This document shows, one piece after another, positions 26,946-40,614 of a stretch of DNA of 64,000 nucleotides. Position 1 is the first letter of the stretch, and each line of letters starts with the position of its first letter. The stretch comes from Octopus bimaculoides (taxonomy: Eukaryota), in contig NC_068982.1 in NCBI RefSeq assembly GCF_001194135.2, positions 162,206,564 to 162,270,563 on the forward strand. Reading direction: 5' to 3'. The notes beneath the pieces are model-generated. The model was given only the letters and a program-made list of their open reading frames with translations, ran no database searches and was not told where the DNA came from. The translations under genes and the position numbers were made by a program.

Positions 26946-28184
26946 TGATGCTTCTGGTTCTTAGCAAAGAAGTAATCAAATGCACACAAACACACATGTA
27001 CACACACATACGCACGCACACATGCACATACACACAGAATAACATGATAGTGTATGAAATTATGCAAAAAAACACACAATACTTTATAATTGAGCAGAAC
27101 AGATTTTATTGTTTCTAAGTAGTCTCTTTATTGATTGACCTCATTTATTGAGTCACCTTTTATGATTTAGGGACACAACTCAACACACCATTTTACACTG
27201 TTTGCTCATTTACTTGCTTATAGTTGTTCATTGAATCTGATAATGGCTTTCTTCATCATTTGCTGGTCCTTTGATGACTACACATTCCAATTTTTGATGT
27301 GCTGAATTAATTGCAGACAAAACATGTAAATGTTTGGTTAGAGAGGACAGATGTTGGCTTCTCCTGGTAGTGCTGTGTATATTTCTCCTCCATATCTTTT
27401 ATCCTCTCCCTGCCAACATTGAAACTACCAAGATGAATGGCAAGTAGAAATGTTTTCCACTTTTGAAGGGTTGACAATGTTCCTCTTCAAAATGATCTTC
27501 AGTTGGTCATTAAACTGTTTCTTTGTTCCTTTTGCTAGACATTAATCATGTTCAGTCAGTTGTAAAGACCTTATACAGTTATACTCTCTCTCTCTCTCTC
27601 TCTCTCCCTCTCTCTCTCTCCCTCTCTCTCTCTCAGTTTTTGTTTACCAATTTCCATAGAAGATTCTATGCAAGGATATTTTTTTTCAGTGTGTTTCACA
27701 CACTTTCTCAAGATTTCATTTGCATTCATTTCTTTGTCTTCATCATCTTGGTTTCAAACGTTTATCACACATGAATTCTGCCTGGTAAGACCAATGTTTT
27801 ATGTCAAATTCTGCAGAATCAGACCAATGTGAGGAAGACAAATATATCTATATAAGCTCAGAGAGTTTCTGTGGTATAATAACAAATAGGATTTCTTAAC
27901 TTGTAATGATGAACAGAGAATGTTTAAAACAGATTTATAGTCACATTTTCAACAAATATATTCTTGTCTCAAGATCAGGAAGATGAAATTCTGAGTAGTG
28001 ACTCATACAAAAGTTTTCCAATGAATAAAATCCGTTCTGCTCTATTATAAAGTATTGTGTGTTTTTTTGTATAATTTCATACACTATCATGTTATTCTGT
28101 GTGTATGTGCATGCATGCGTGTGCGTGTGTTTGTGTGTATATGTGTGTATTTGATTACTTCTTTGCTAAGAACCAGAAGCATCA
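26946..28184. repeat. Inverted repeat pair, arms 26946-27110 and 28024-28184
   Basis: The outer 36 bp are identical. The inner ~90 bp have 3 mismatches. The central (CA)n tract differs. Confidence 0.9.
27240..27520 (-). mobile_element. RTE LINE extreme C-terminal fragment
   Basis: Minus strand gives KQFNDQLK... and TSKIGMCSHQRT, resembling the RTE C-terminal SRIGL.SH.RTH zinc-knuckle motif. Confidence 0.6.
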
Positions 28185-28944
28185 CTGATAGCTCAAATTA
28201 AGAATGGGAAGTAAGCATTATTGATAGCTCAAATTAAGAGTTTTGCTCAGTTTGTTTTCATAAAGAGAAACATAATGTTTATTATATATGACACTTCTTT
28301 ACCTATCAGCAGGTGCAAACCTTGGTGGTGGTAACAAAATATTCTAAAGGCAGCTGCTGCTCTCCTAGGTAATTTGTTTTTGCTGCAGCTTGCAGAGTCC
28401 ACATCTCCTCTATGCAGGTTTTAACACTCTCCTAGACTGGACATCTTTACTGCATTCAGCAATTCCACATCTCCCCTCACCCTCATAGACAAGAATTCCT
28501 GAGGCAGTAGACTGCAGGTGGATGCCCTTGATGCTAACCCTTGTTTCTACATTAGGTACATTCTTCCACATCTTTCACATCACACTGATGGTTTCATATT
28601 TCTCTGTTATTCCTGTTTTCTTTCTTTACTCTACACTTTTTGAAGAAGAACTTAAACTTAAAACATCAAAGCTACTATTCTCTTTGATAATTTTGATCAT
28701 ACATACATACAGACAAGATTAGAGAATGGAGTAGATAAAATCCTGACTACATGTGTTTCATAGCTAGCAGAACCTCAGAAGTAGTAATTATCCAAATGAA
28801 GGGTAATCCGCAAGTTACTCATCAGGCAAAAGATACCTTAATTGAAAGAAGTTAACATTGTTGTCAAGGAATACCATGTTGACTCACAGGAGATTCGATT
28901 CTATGGACTGCTCAAGGCTTACTATCTTCCTATACCTTGATCCT

Positions 28945-29237
28945 TGGATCTGCGAGATCGTTGCCAGTGCCCCTGGACTGGCTCTTGTGCGGGTGGCACA
29001 TGAAATGCACCATTTTGAGCGTGGCCGTTGCCAGTACCGCCTGACTGGCCTTCGTGCGGGTGACACGTAAAAGCACCCACTACACTCTCTGAGTGGTTGG
29101 CGTTAGGAAGGGCATCCAGCTGTAGAAACTCTGCCAAATCAGATTGGAGCCCGGTGTAGCCATCTGGTTTCACCAGTCCTCAGTCAAATCGTCCAACCCA
29201 TGCTAGCATGGAAAGCGGACGTTAAACGATGACGACG
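28945..29237 (+). mobile_element. Young copy of the RTE 3' module
   Basis: Near-identical to 14400-14678 and CpG-rich. It ends gttaaacgatgacgacg before a (TA)n tract. Confidence 0.85.
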
Positions 29238-29420
29238 ATATATATATATATATATATATATAGATAGANNNNNNNNNNCAGGTTACTGTCAATCCCTATA
29301 TATTTATGATTATAAATGTTTTTTACCGAAAAGGTTTTTTCATACTGAGCTACCCGGCAAAATTGTTAATTATTAATTTTATTACTAATTGACGATTCCC
29401 TGCCCTGCATATCTATATAT

Positions 29421-29452
<32 letters not shown>

Positions 29453-31960
29453 TTGAAATTTATAGAAAAACAAAAGACGAAGACAGGTGTATGAACAACA
29501 AGCAAGTGTATTAGTTTGACACTCGGGAAAAATGAAAATGTTTGATCCTGACTGAACTTCCTACTCTTTCGATTGCATATCTCAACCACTTCCTAAACTT
29601 TCAGCGCCTTTCCTCATCCACATACCAGTACTCCACCTGTATTACCACTGGATCTACTGACTCTACCTTAATGGATTTCACTGGATTTTTTCAGATAGAT
29701 AGATATAGTTGTTTTTGCCATCACATGTGCTTCCAATTTTTTTGATTTGCGCCATTCTTTTCTATCTTGGTCCAAATCATTTAACTAAATCATCTTCCCA
29801 TTGTCATGGGAACCTTCCAAGTGACTTTTTCTAATCTCTTAGATACCACTCAGCAACTGAACAGATCCATTTGTTGTCTGTGAAGCTTGCGACATGTCCG
29901 ACTCAACAAAGTTTATGCTTTTGGTATTCTACAATCATGCCATTCACTCCAGTCTGTCCTCAAATTATCTCATTTTGAATATGCTCTTGCAATGATATTC
30001 CTTGCATGGATTTTTCCATGGCTCTTTGTGTCATATTTAATTAATGTACATCATTGTCCTACCCATGCATGCATGGAAGATGGATGTTAAATGATGATGA
30101 TGATGATGATGATGATCGTCCAAAAATGTAGCACAAGGACAAATAGAGGCAGAAAGCAATGAAACTGAAGAGGTAAAGCACATTCACTATTGCCATGTAT
30201 ATATAGGTATTTGTTGGTGTTTTTGTGTATAATGAAGTTCTGTATGTCATCAATATTACCATCACCATTTAGCATCTATCTTCAGTGTTGGTATGGGTTG
30301 GATTGTTCAACAGAACCTGAATCAGAGGACTGCATCAAGCTGTTATTCCTAATTCTTCTATTTATATCTAAAAAGAGGTGTGTGGTGATGTGGTCTGAAT
30401 TTCTTCTAGAGCCATATTGGATTGTAAATTTATCCCTACACAGAACATCATAAGAACAAATTAGCCTACATTGATACAACATATGCAGCACCTAGGAGGA
30501 ATACACAAATCACACATATGCTTCCAGAAACAAATATGCCGTGATTGTAAGATATTAATTGATTAATTTCATTTTGGTATTTGGTTAGCAAGATTCTTGA
30601 TGTGAACTCACTTGCTGAAATGTACTTTGTTGTATCTCAGAATTGTTGATGTGCATGTGTTTATTATTAGCAAATTGACCTTTCCGAGATACAACAAAAT
30701 AATGAATTAATGGGTTGTTAAAAAAAAAAATCATTAAATAAAATACAATATGTATCACCCTTAACCAAAGTTAGAAATAAATTACAGAATCACCAAAATA
30801 TAAACTTTATCATCAATATGAAAGCACAAACTTACAAACCACAGAATGTATTTCAGATGACCAATGTAATATTCAAATTGTAATGTTAACATGAAACTTG
30901 TAAACTGCATAACTCAAACCATAACTTACATTAGAAATAAGTATGACACTTTCTCATGCGTTGAAAACTATTAATTAATAGCACCGAAATCCATAAAAAA
31001 TATTTGATCAGCTATGGAAGTTGTGTCCAAAATCAACATGCAAATACAGCACACATAAAATAAAGCATGAAATCCACTGAGTTCCAGGACTTAACTGTTA
31101 AATTATGTTAAATCTAACTTTGGTGATTTTTATCTATTATAAACAGTATTCCCATGATCCTTTGCAGCCTACTGTAAAGCACTCAAACAACATGTCAATA
31201 CTACAATCTGTTCATTCAGATGATGAGACAGAGGTCTTGAAATGTTAATGGACTTAGGTGTGCACATGTTCCAAACTAAAAGAAATATATAAAAATCTTA
31301 ATAAAAAAGATGAAATTCTTGAGTTCTATTTTTAATGTAAAATGTTTAAAAGAAAAGCTGTTCCTTATTTACTTAAATGTGTGTGTGTGTGTGTATGTGT
31401 GTTAGTATATATGCATGTGCATCTGTGTGAGTGTGTTTATGTAAATGCTTGTTTTCAGCTTTTCGAAAAGCTGAAACAATCATAAAGCACTTATACAAAA
31501 AATTCTTTTCATAAGGTCTGTGTTAATCTGCTTTTGTTTAAGGATTGTTTGTATGTATGTATGTATGTATGTGTGTGTGTATGTGTGTGTATGTGTGTTT
31601 GTATGAATGTATTATGTGTTTGTATGCATGTATGTATGTGTGTATGNNNNNNNNNNNNNNNNNNNNNNNNNNNNNNNNNNNNNNNNNNNNNNNNNNNNNN
31701 NNNNNNNNNNNNNNNNNNNNNNNNNNNNNNNNNNNNNNNNNNNNNNNNNNNNNNNNNNNNNNNNNNNNNNNNNNNNNNNNNNNNNNNNNNNNNNNNNNNN
31801 NNNNNNNNNNNNNNNNNNNNNNNNNNNNNNNNNNNNNNNNNNNNNNNNNNNNNNNNNNNNNNNNNNNNNNNNNNNNNNNNNNNNNNNNNNNNNNNNNNNN
31901 NNNNNNNNNNNNNNNNNNNNNNNNNNGTCTCTGCTTTAGAGGTAGTAGTCAGAGGTACAA

Positions 31961-32002
<42 letters not shown>

Positions 32003-35000
32003 TTTAAACTCTACTTGAAGATAGCTGATCCTTCATTTCAAAAATATTCTCTCAGTTTCAACAAAATATTGTTACTATAATATTGCATTGCAACAGTTTT
32101 TCATTTTCTAAAACAGAATTGATGTTAATAGTTTAGACTGTTAATTCTTCGGCTAGCTTCTGTATTCTATGAGTGTGAGGCTACAGGACCATATCTTCAC
32201 CGCCATAGGCTAGTCTGTGTTGTCTGTGAACACAAGCATTACTTCTACCAACTTTGAATGTCAAACTTAAACAAAAGTCAGGTTAAGTATCCACTCCACT
32301 GTATCTAGTGAGTACGAAAATTGCCTTTTTTTTACCCCCTCTGCATACCAATATCATCCATCTTTTGGTTCCTTGAAACAATTTTTTTCTTGCCATACTG
32401 GATTTATGGTTATTTCCTACCTTGCTTCCCTGCTTTTATGCTTCGTTTCCTCAAACACTTCATTCTGTCATCTAAATATTGACACATTTCAGCCAGTGGC
32501 TGCTCACTGTAATCTTAGAATGATGCAAGCCAAACCCTATAAAGTGCTGTCTTTGATACTAAAGATTTCCCTGGAAATGAATCCTACTCCAGTCTCTTTA
32601 TAAGCATGTCTACTTCGATGTTTATGAAAATATGGCATGCGAGTTGGAAGAAAAAGTGCAACTTTTGGTTTAGAAAACCAGTCATCAGTCTTACAGACTA
32701 CATTCTCTGCATGATATTCCATTTTGTAAAAAGACTTTAGGGCTGTGTCTGTGAAAACATGAGATAGTGTTTGCATACTGTTCCTGAATATTCTTAAAGT
32801 AAATAGACTTTCTATGATTAATTATTTAATGTGCATTTAGCAAATCATAATGTAAACAGAACTGACGTCTGAAATAACAATATCAACACAAAGTTTATTT
32901 AAATGAGCTGCCAAAAATAGCAGTGAAAACTCTCTATGGTTTATTTACAACAATCTTTATCAATCTGAGAGTAAAAAATGAAAAAGAAACAAAACAAAAA
33001 TGGAGAAAATGCTAAAGCTTGATGTAAATACTTCTGTTATGTAAGATGCGCAATTTGTTATAGGATATTATCATTATTAGTGTTCCAGGATGGTAATTTA
33101 GTGGAAGCAGTAGGGTGTGATGCTAACTACCCTGCAGTGTTTAGTTATGTCCCTTTATATTCTGAATGCGAAATCACCTGCAGAGCTTGACTTTCTTGGT
33201 TAAACCTCTTGCATTGGATGAAATAAAGTAAGTTCCACTCATACATTAAGATATGTTTAATCAGTGATACCCCTTCACTACAAATCTGTGGCCTTGTGCC
33301 CAAGTCAGAAGTCATTATTAGGATAGAGAGCTGGCAGACTCAGTAGGGTGTCCTACTAACTCATCATTCAGACAGTAGGTTACTCTCTTTCTATTATGTT
33401 CTCAGCTCAAATCCTGCTATGGTCAACTTCACATTTCTTCCCCTTGGGGGTTGTTCAAAATAACATTGGAATTGGTTCAACTGAGTATATAAACCAAGCC
33501 AATGGCAGAAGCTTTTTGGTTGTTGTTCAACCTGCAAGAAATTACAACCAAATCTTCCTCAGATCACACTCTACCATCTCAAAAGAAAAGAAAGCAAGAA
33601 AGTGCATATAGCATAATGTAGTTCTTGATATACAAGAAAACTGGATGGTCATAGTTGGAATGCATAAGTCTGCTTTGTCAGAACTGATTCGGAACTAAAC
33701 AACTTCCTATAAGTACTCACCTATAAGAATTGGTCCTTATAACAAGTGAAAACAAATCAAGTCCCTAAACCCTTGCTTTTAAGACATCATCATCACATTG
33801 CTCCAGCCACTGTTGATGCTGCTACACTAACCTTCTCCTCTCTATATACACTTCACTCAGAACTGATTTTACATTCTTTTTTATTTTTTCAAATGGTGAT
33901 GGGTAATTTGAATCTTGCTATAAACTAACCTAATATTAATATTTTGTCTTTTTATTCTCTTGCCCTCTCTCTCTCTCTCTCTCTCCCTCTCTCTCTCTCA
34001 TATCTCTATATATATTATATGTTTATGTTCTTGTATATAATGTATGTATTTGTCATATTTATGTATAAGGTTTAAAATAATGATATTATCAAAATGTGAA
34101 TTTATGTATGTATTTTTTTTTTGTTTGATTACTTAAAATTCGTTTCTACGTAATATATATGTGTGTGTGTTGTCTATCAAAAAATCAAAGGAGTCTTTAA
34201 ATTATACATAAAGAATGTTTATTCTTTAATCAACTTATTGACTGTGCACATGTGTTGCCCATTTCAAAGATTTTTTACATATCTTATTATAGTGAGGTAT
34301 GAAAACATTGAAACAGCCTGCATCTGCTGTAAAGTCCACTTGAACACACACGAGCAGTATAAGATATGGGTTCAGAGAATCATGTAGCTATCATAGAAAG
34401 CTCCTTTTACGGGACTTGGATGTTAGTCCACAATGTTAGTAATCAGTTACAAAGAAGTGTAATGTAGAGTGGCCATGTAACTGAAAATCCAAGCAATAAA
34501 ATTATTTCATGAGGAGTATTTAAAAACATAAAGTCTAATCTGCAGTGGCTGGGTAGTGTTGAACTGCTGACTCTAACCATTGTTGTTCAAAATATTTTCC
34601 ATAATCAATAGGTGTTGTAAATGCAAGTTGCATAACACTAGTTGCCATAGTCTACCTGACTGATGTCAAGTAGGAACCCTGCTTAACATCCAGTAAGTAA
34701 ACAAGGCTGGGGGAGAAAATAAGGATAAGATTATTGTAAGCTTTTCCATATGCTTGAGCAGATACTAAATAAACATTATTGATAATTGTTTTAATGGAAT
34801 CTCTCTTTATATATATATATATATATAAATTAGAAATAGGAACAAAATAATAAATTGAATAATTAAATAATTGAATCATTAAATGATAAATTCACTTCAG
34901 TTTCATTATTACTATGTAAACAAATGACAAATCAAGTTACAGCTGTTTCCACATCATTAAAAACAGGTTTTATTTATGATTAACAAATTCCCTTTTAAAA

Positions 35001-36720
35001 TATAATGAGGTTTTTTCAAACGGACATATCTTCTTAAATATTTTACGAAAATAGCAAGTAAATATTGTCTATAATTGTAAACGCTTTTAAAACACTTTTT
35101 TAAGAGTAAGCTTAATAATAAATAAATAAACTAACTGAAATTTTGTAAATTCTTAAATTCAAATATATATATGTAGGGAAATGTAAAAATATATGTATGT
35201 GTTTGTATTGTATTATGAAATACAGTTGGTTAAGGAATACGTGTTTACATTTTAAGCAAAATAAACAGATATTGATAAAATACATTCAAAAGAGAATTAA
35301 AATTCCAGAACTTTATAAGACTTGAGTCCACATCATCATATTAATAGTGTGATTTAGTGACCATTGCACTATTTGTCATTAACAGAATAATCTATCTCCT
35401 GTATTAGCAAATCTATTCCAGGATGGGTTCAATTTTGAGATTGTTCTGAACCTTATTTGTACAATTCATTGTCTCACCTATTTGTTTTGAAGATTTAAAT
35501 TAACAAACTTCAAGCTTAACCATCACTCTTAAGCAAATATGACCTAGAAGCATGTACCATACTTTTGCTAGTAGTTTTAGATATCTTTATAATTGTGACT
35601 AGATAGACACCCTCTCAGCCCTCAGACCTTTGAGCCAATGGAATGTTGAGGATGAAACTGCTGGAAGGAGAAAGCTGCACTAGCACTCAGCTGTTACTCA
35701 ATTTTAGCTTAGTAGACTGGAGCTATGTGAAATGAAGTACCTTGCTCAAGGATACAATACACCACTCGGTTCAGAAATCAGGCCCATGATTTTATGATCG
35801 TGAGACCAACATTCTAGCTACTAGGCCACATACCTTCGTGTTATCAAACTTACAGACTGTAATATAAAGTACAGATAAGTTCCTATTAAGTATATTAGTG
35901 CAGTCTTTATTATTTGTCTTTACTCTAGCAGGTGCCCTGGTATTTTCTTGCCATTCTTTTAAGTTATCATTCCACTCAGCATTTATTCACTAAAATACTA
36001 TATACATCTCTGTTAATTAAAGATTTGGCAGTAACAATTAGGCATGGATTTGCTGATAACCTTTAATTAAACTGAAACATCTTCAGAGTTGTCACCATAC
36101 TACTGAAGATCAGCCTCACTTACTACTTTTACATTTTTTTTAAAATTTAAATTCTGGGGTTGTCTCCTTGCTTTTCTTGATCCAAATTAGTTTTATCTTC
36201 TCATTAGAGGTTTAATTTTGAATCACTAAAATTCCTTCGCTCATTACATTAAGTATATTACATCCCAATTTGCTACTAGTTTTTCATGCAGCTGCCAACC
36301 CTGAGTATTTTCCCTATATATTGATCTGAGTGAATTAAATGAGATGTCACTCCTCTAAAGAAGAGATATGGATATTTTCTTATAATGAAATCAAAATGAA
36401 AACACACAGACAGGGTTCAAAAAATTTCAAAATCTGACGTACTGGCTTAAAGATATTAGTGTAAGAGGGAGATTTTGTTGGGGACACATTGTGAAATGGT
36501 CATTAATATGAGTCAATGAGGAAGCATGAATTTCAGGTTCTCATATTTTTTATTTTCTCATGTTTTCTGGTATATTTATATATTTCTGTTTCAAATGTAG
36601 ACGTGTGTGTATACACTTACACACATATAAGATTACATTATGTTGAAAATAAGAAATAACTGAGAAAGATTTATTGATTTGATCTGCAGTTAACTTGGCT
36701 TTTTTTCCCCACTTTTTCAG

Positions 36721-37291
36721 ATCAACACCTGATTTTGGAACACTTGCTAAAGAAGCTCTCTTAAAGAATTCTGGTAAAGCCCAAGCCAAATTAAACCACT
36801 TACAAACTGCGCACACTATTCCATCTAGTGGTATTAGTTCAAAGAATAAATCCGGCCGATTAGAGACATCCAAACATGCAAGATGTCGATCTGTACCAGG
36901 TCCCTGGCCAACAGATGTTACTCATTTAGAGGACCAAGTCGGAACACGGGAAGACCAATTTTCTTGCCCAAATTCTCCATTAGATTCTAAACAAATGACA
37001 CTTGATTCAAAAAAACCTACAGACTTGAAGAAAATTCCATCGTCTTCTTCATCTCCAACAAACAGTCAGGTGGGATCTCCAAAACCAAAGAAAACGATTT
37101 TTGAAGGATTCCGAAATACTTTACGAAAGTCAAAAGGAGATCTTTCTGGGACAAAATCATCTGAAAGTTTCACTAATGCTCATTCCATGCCTGATATTGT
37201 ACAAGAAAATAAAGAAAGATCTAACAGTGATTCTATAAGTTCAAAAACCATTGGAATGGACATTAGCCAATCAGATTTAGAAACAATTCCG
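36721..37291 (+). CDS. KALRN/TRIO: Kalirin/Trio-like gene, coding exon A (Ser/Pro/Lys-rich linker upstream of SH3)
   Basis: Acceptor ttttttccccactttttcAG ends at 36720. Donor CCG|GTAAGT at 37292. The 571-nt exon is open (STPDFGTLAKEALLK...SQSDLETIP) and ends in phase 0, matching the next exon. The protein is low-complexity, so the assignment rests on splice sites, ORF length and phase. Confidence 0.8.
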
Positions 37292-37687
37292 GTAAGTTTG
37301 CTGGTTTTTAACAATTAGTTTGCTTGCTTCAGTCTTCTTGACTGACAGCAAGTTATCCTGTTTCTGTTTTTTCTTGTTATATCATTTCTGGTTAGTCATG
37401 TTCATATTGATACCTAGTTGAAAATTTGGGTACAATCCACAGATCTAGTACCCTAGATATTATATGCCTTTGTCTAGCAGAAGACCAAAACTATGCTCTG
37501 ACATGCAGTGATTTATTGTATGGACTGCAGTGTGACAGTATGAGTGTGTTGTATTTTCTCTACTACCCAACAGTTGTATCTGACAGCCATATTAGTGGCC
37601 ACAGCAGAGACAAACCAACTACAAAACCTTACTAGTTAACTAGAGAGAGAGCTGCTATGCAGTCACTTAATATGATAGCAGTAACAA

Positions 37688-37870
37688 GAGGCAGTGAGCT
37701 GGCTGCATTGTTAGCACACTGGGCAAAATGCTTTGTGGCATTTCATCCATCTTTATGTTCTGAGTTCAAATTCCACCGAGGTCGACTTTGCCTTTTATCT
37801 TTTTGGTGTTGATAAAATAGGTACCCTCGAAATTGCTGGCCTTGTCCCAAAATTTGAAACCAGTATGATA
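37688..37870 (+). mobile_element. SINE copy (gagctggc...gaggtcgactttgcc family) with internal deletion
   Basis: Matches the 53819-54050 copy but lacks the segment after aagtacc. Other copies at ~33100-33320 (+), ~38160-38300 (-) and ~39330-39530 (+). Confidence 0.8.
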
Positions 37871-39819
37871 GCACTAACAGCCAAATTTCCAACACCTAGA
37901 GTTACTGTAGACACATGAACCTATAATTTAACTTGGCTAGCTGCATTGATCACACAAACAATTCAACAAGCTGACCTGGTCAGCTATTGCTACTGCAGCT
38001 AGAGTTACACTATTTCATAATCCTTAATTTCTCTTTTGTGCCGTATTGCATATCATGCCATCCATGGATAGTTTTGGTAGCATATCAGTCGTTGTATGAG
38101 AAGTAATTGCTAGCTCTTCATGCAGTCCTTGGAGAAAGGAATGCTGTGAGTGGTACTCACAACCCTTCTCACAGTACTATATGGCCATATAAGGTTGAAA
38201 GAGTTGACCTCAGTGGTATTTGAACTCAGAGTGCCTAGAGCCAGAACAAATACAGTAAGATATCTTAACTGATATTTTATCAACTCTGCCACCATGCCAT
38301 CTAGAGTTACTATACATGCACCTACAATTTAACAATAACATGACTAGCTACAGCAATACTCTTGTAGAGTTACTTTACAAACCTACAATTTAGCAACCTC
38401 AACATACACCAAAGTACTATCAAGAATGATAATAAGTATTTTAATCACAATTTCCTAACATTTAAATCAATCTTTTGTCTATGCGATGAAGCCCCACTGT
38501 TTGTAAATTACAAAACTTACTCAGGGGAAGAAGATCAGTGTCCATGCACCATTTCAGGGTGTTTTGTTTGTTTTTTTCTTTTATTGGTGGGAGGAAGTTA
38601 TCCTCAAACCAAAGACGTCATCCAAATATTTGCAACAGAATGGACCCTGCTAAAGGTGGTTGTATTGAAGTGAGCAACATATTAAGTTACCTACCATTCA
38701 ATTTCTAGAGTCTCAGATTTCCCAGACAATTTTCCTCCTCTTTCAACATCCTTAATCACTTAAAACCACTGTGCTGTAATTTCATGTCAGATGATGCTAG
38801 GAGCACATCCATTTAATGTGAGAAATACTCCTGAGCCACGGAACGAGATGTATGCATTTAAAATGCAAAGAAGACCAAGATTATGGTTTCATACTGACAA
38901 AGACAGTGTAGTCTGTTGGACACGTGGCATTTTTAACTATTTTTCAAAAGTTTTGAAAATTCTAAATGAAACATAGTGTTATCTCCTTCAAAAAGCATCT
39001 TAATAATAAGTTAGTTATTATAGCTCTGTACAGACAATCTAATATGCTTATAGCGGCCCTTAATAATCGCAAAACATTTAAATAAATGCAATTGACATTA
39101 AATATTTGCAGCACAATTGCAAAGTTGTAATTTAGTATTTTTCTATTTTTTGTAAAGATAATACTTTCTGTCTCCCTTACAATAAATATATCTTATATGT
39201 CAAAATGTCAGCTCAACATTTCCAAATTTGTTATTTTATATGACTTCATGTGACAGTAAAAGTACAATTATATTTTGACTTTGTGTCTTTTATTATTATT
39301 TTGTTCTGTAATAGTAATCATAAGAACATTGTAAAAAAATAAGTGTTTTGCACTATTTGTTCCAACACTGTTCTATGTTCAAATTCCTCCAAGGTCAATT
39401 TTATCTTTCATCTTTTTAGGGTCAATAAAATAAGTACCAGTCAAGCACTGAAATCAATATAATCAACAGTTCCATCCTCCCCAAATTTTTTGGCCTTGTG
39501 CCTATGTTAAAAATCATTATCTTGTTCTATAACCAATTTTTTTTCTTTTTATTCATCTTTGATAAATCATTAACTTGGTTCCACCACCTCTTTCCACTGA
39601 ACTCTTTGATACATAGTGATGTTAAGCAGCCATATATTTAGTAGTAGTGGTGGTGGTGGCGGTGGTGACGGTGGCGGCAATGTCCCTCCCTTCCTTATTA
39701 CATCTTCCTTTGCTATTTTCTGTATGAAGTTGGAATTTTTATTGTAACTCAGCCATCAACTCTTTTAAAAGCTGAGATTGCTGCTGAGATGATCACCTTA
39801 TATCTGTACTTTATTGTAT

Positions 39820-39937
<118 letters not shown>

Positions 39938-40575
39938 TCACTTACTCAGGTATAGACACGCAAACATGCCTCGGAATGGTGGGGTTTAATCTGAGGCTTT
40001 CTTGATAGAATTTCTGCCCAAATATCAGGCATACTAACAGCAAAATTATACTATGGAGAAAGTATGTAACAGAAATAGGTTGAAGTTTTTTTTTTTTTGT
40101 TTTTTCCATTTTTTTGTTCTTATGACTAATAGTGTGTGTATGTGTGTACTTGTACATGCACCTATATATACATTTGTTTTTCGCCACTGATTGTGTGAGT
40201 GTGAATGCATGTGGTCACACACATGCTGTTTGTGATAAAAAAATCAAAACACATTGTATGTATATACGTATGTGTGTATGTACATGCAGTTATACATACA
40301 CACATATTGTTATCAGTTGTTATCCAGCAAGCTCAGCTGCCATCATTCTTTCACCAATTCTGCCAGTGTTTTAGACAACACTGGTATGTTCTTTTCTAGA
40401 ACATTCTTCAGAAGAAATGTAGATGTTAAATCTCTGCTGATGTTTGCCAACAGTTACGCTGGAGTGTATTGAACCTGTGACATGACTTGTCAAAACCTGC
40501 CATTTGATATTTCAGCTGAGATTAAACGTTTACTGAATTTCACTTAACTGTCTTCCTACTTCCTTCTCATCTTCA

Positions 40576-40614
<39 letters not shown>

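Noticed and set aside
33396-33611. ORF after ttctcAG as a candidate upstream exon
   Set aside because: No recognisable domain in any frame and no convincing donor.
36550-36873. 107-aa minus-strand ORF
   Set aside because: Antisense shadow of exon A plus intron.
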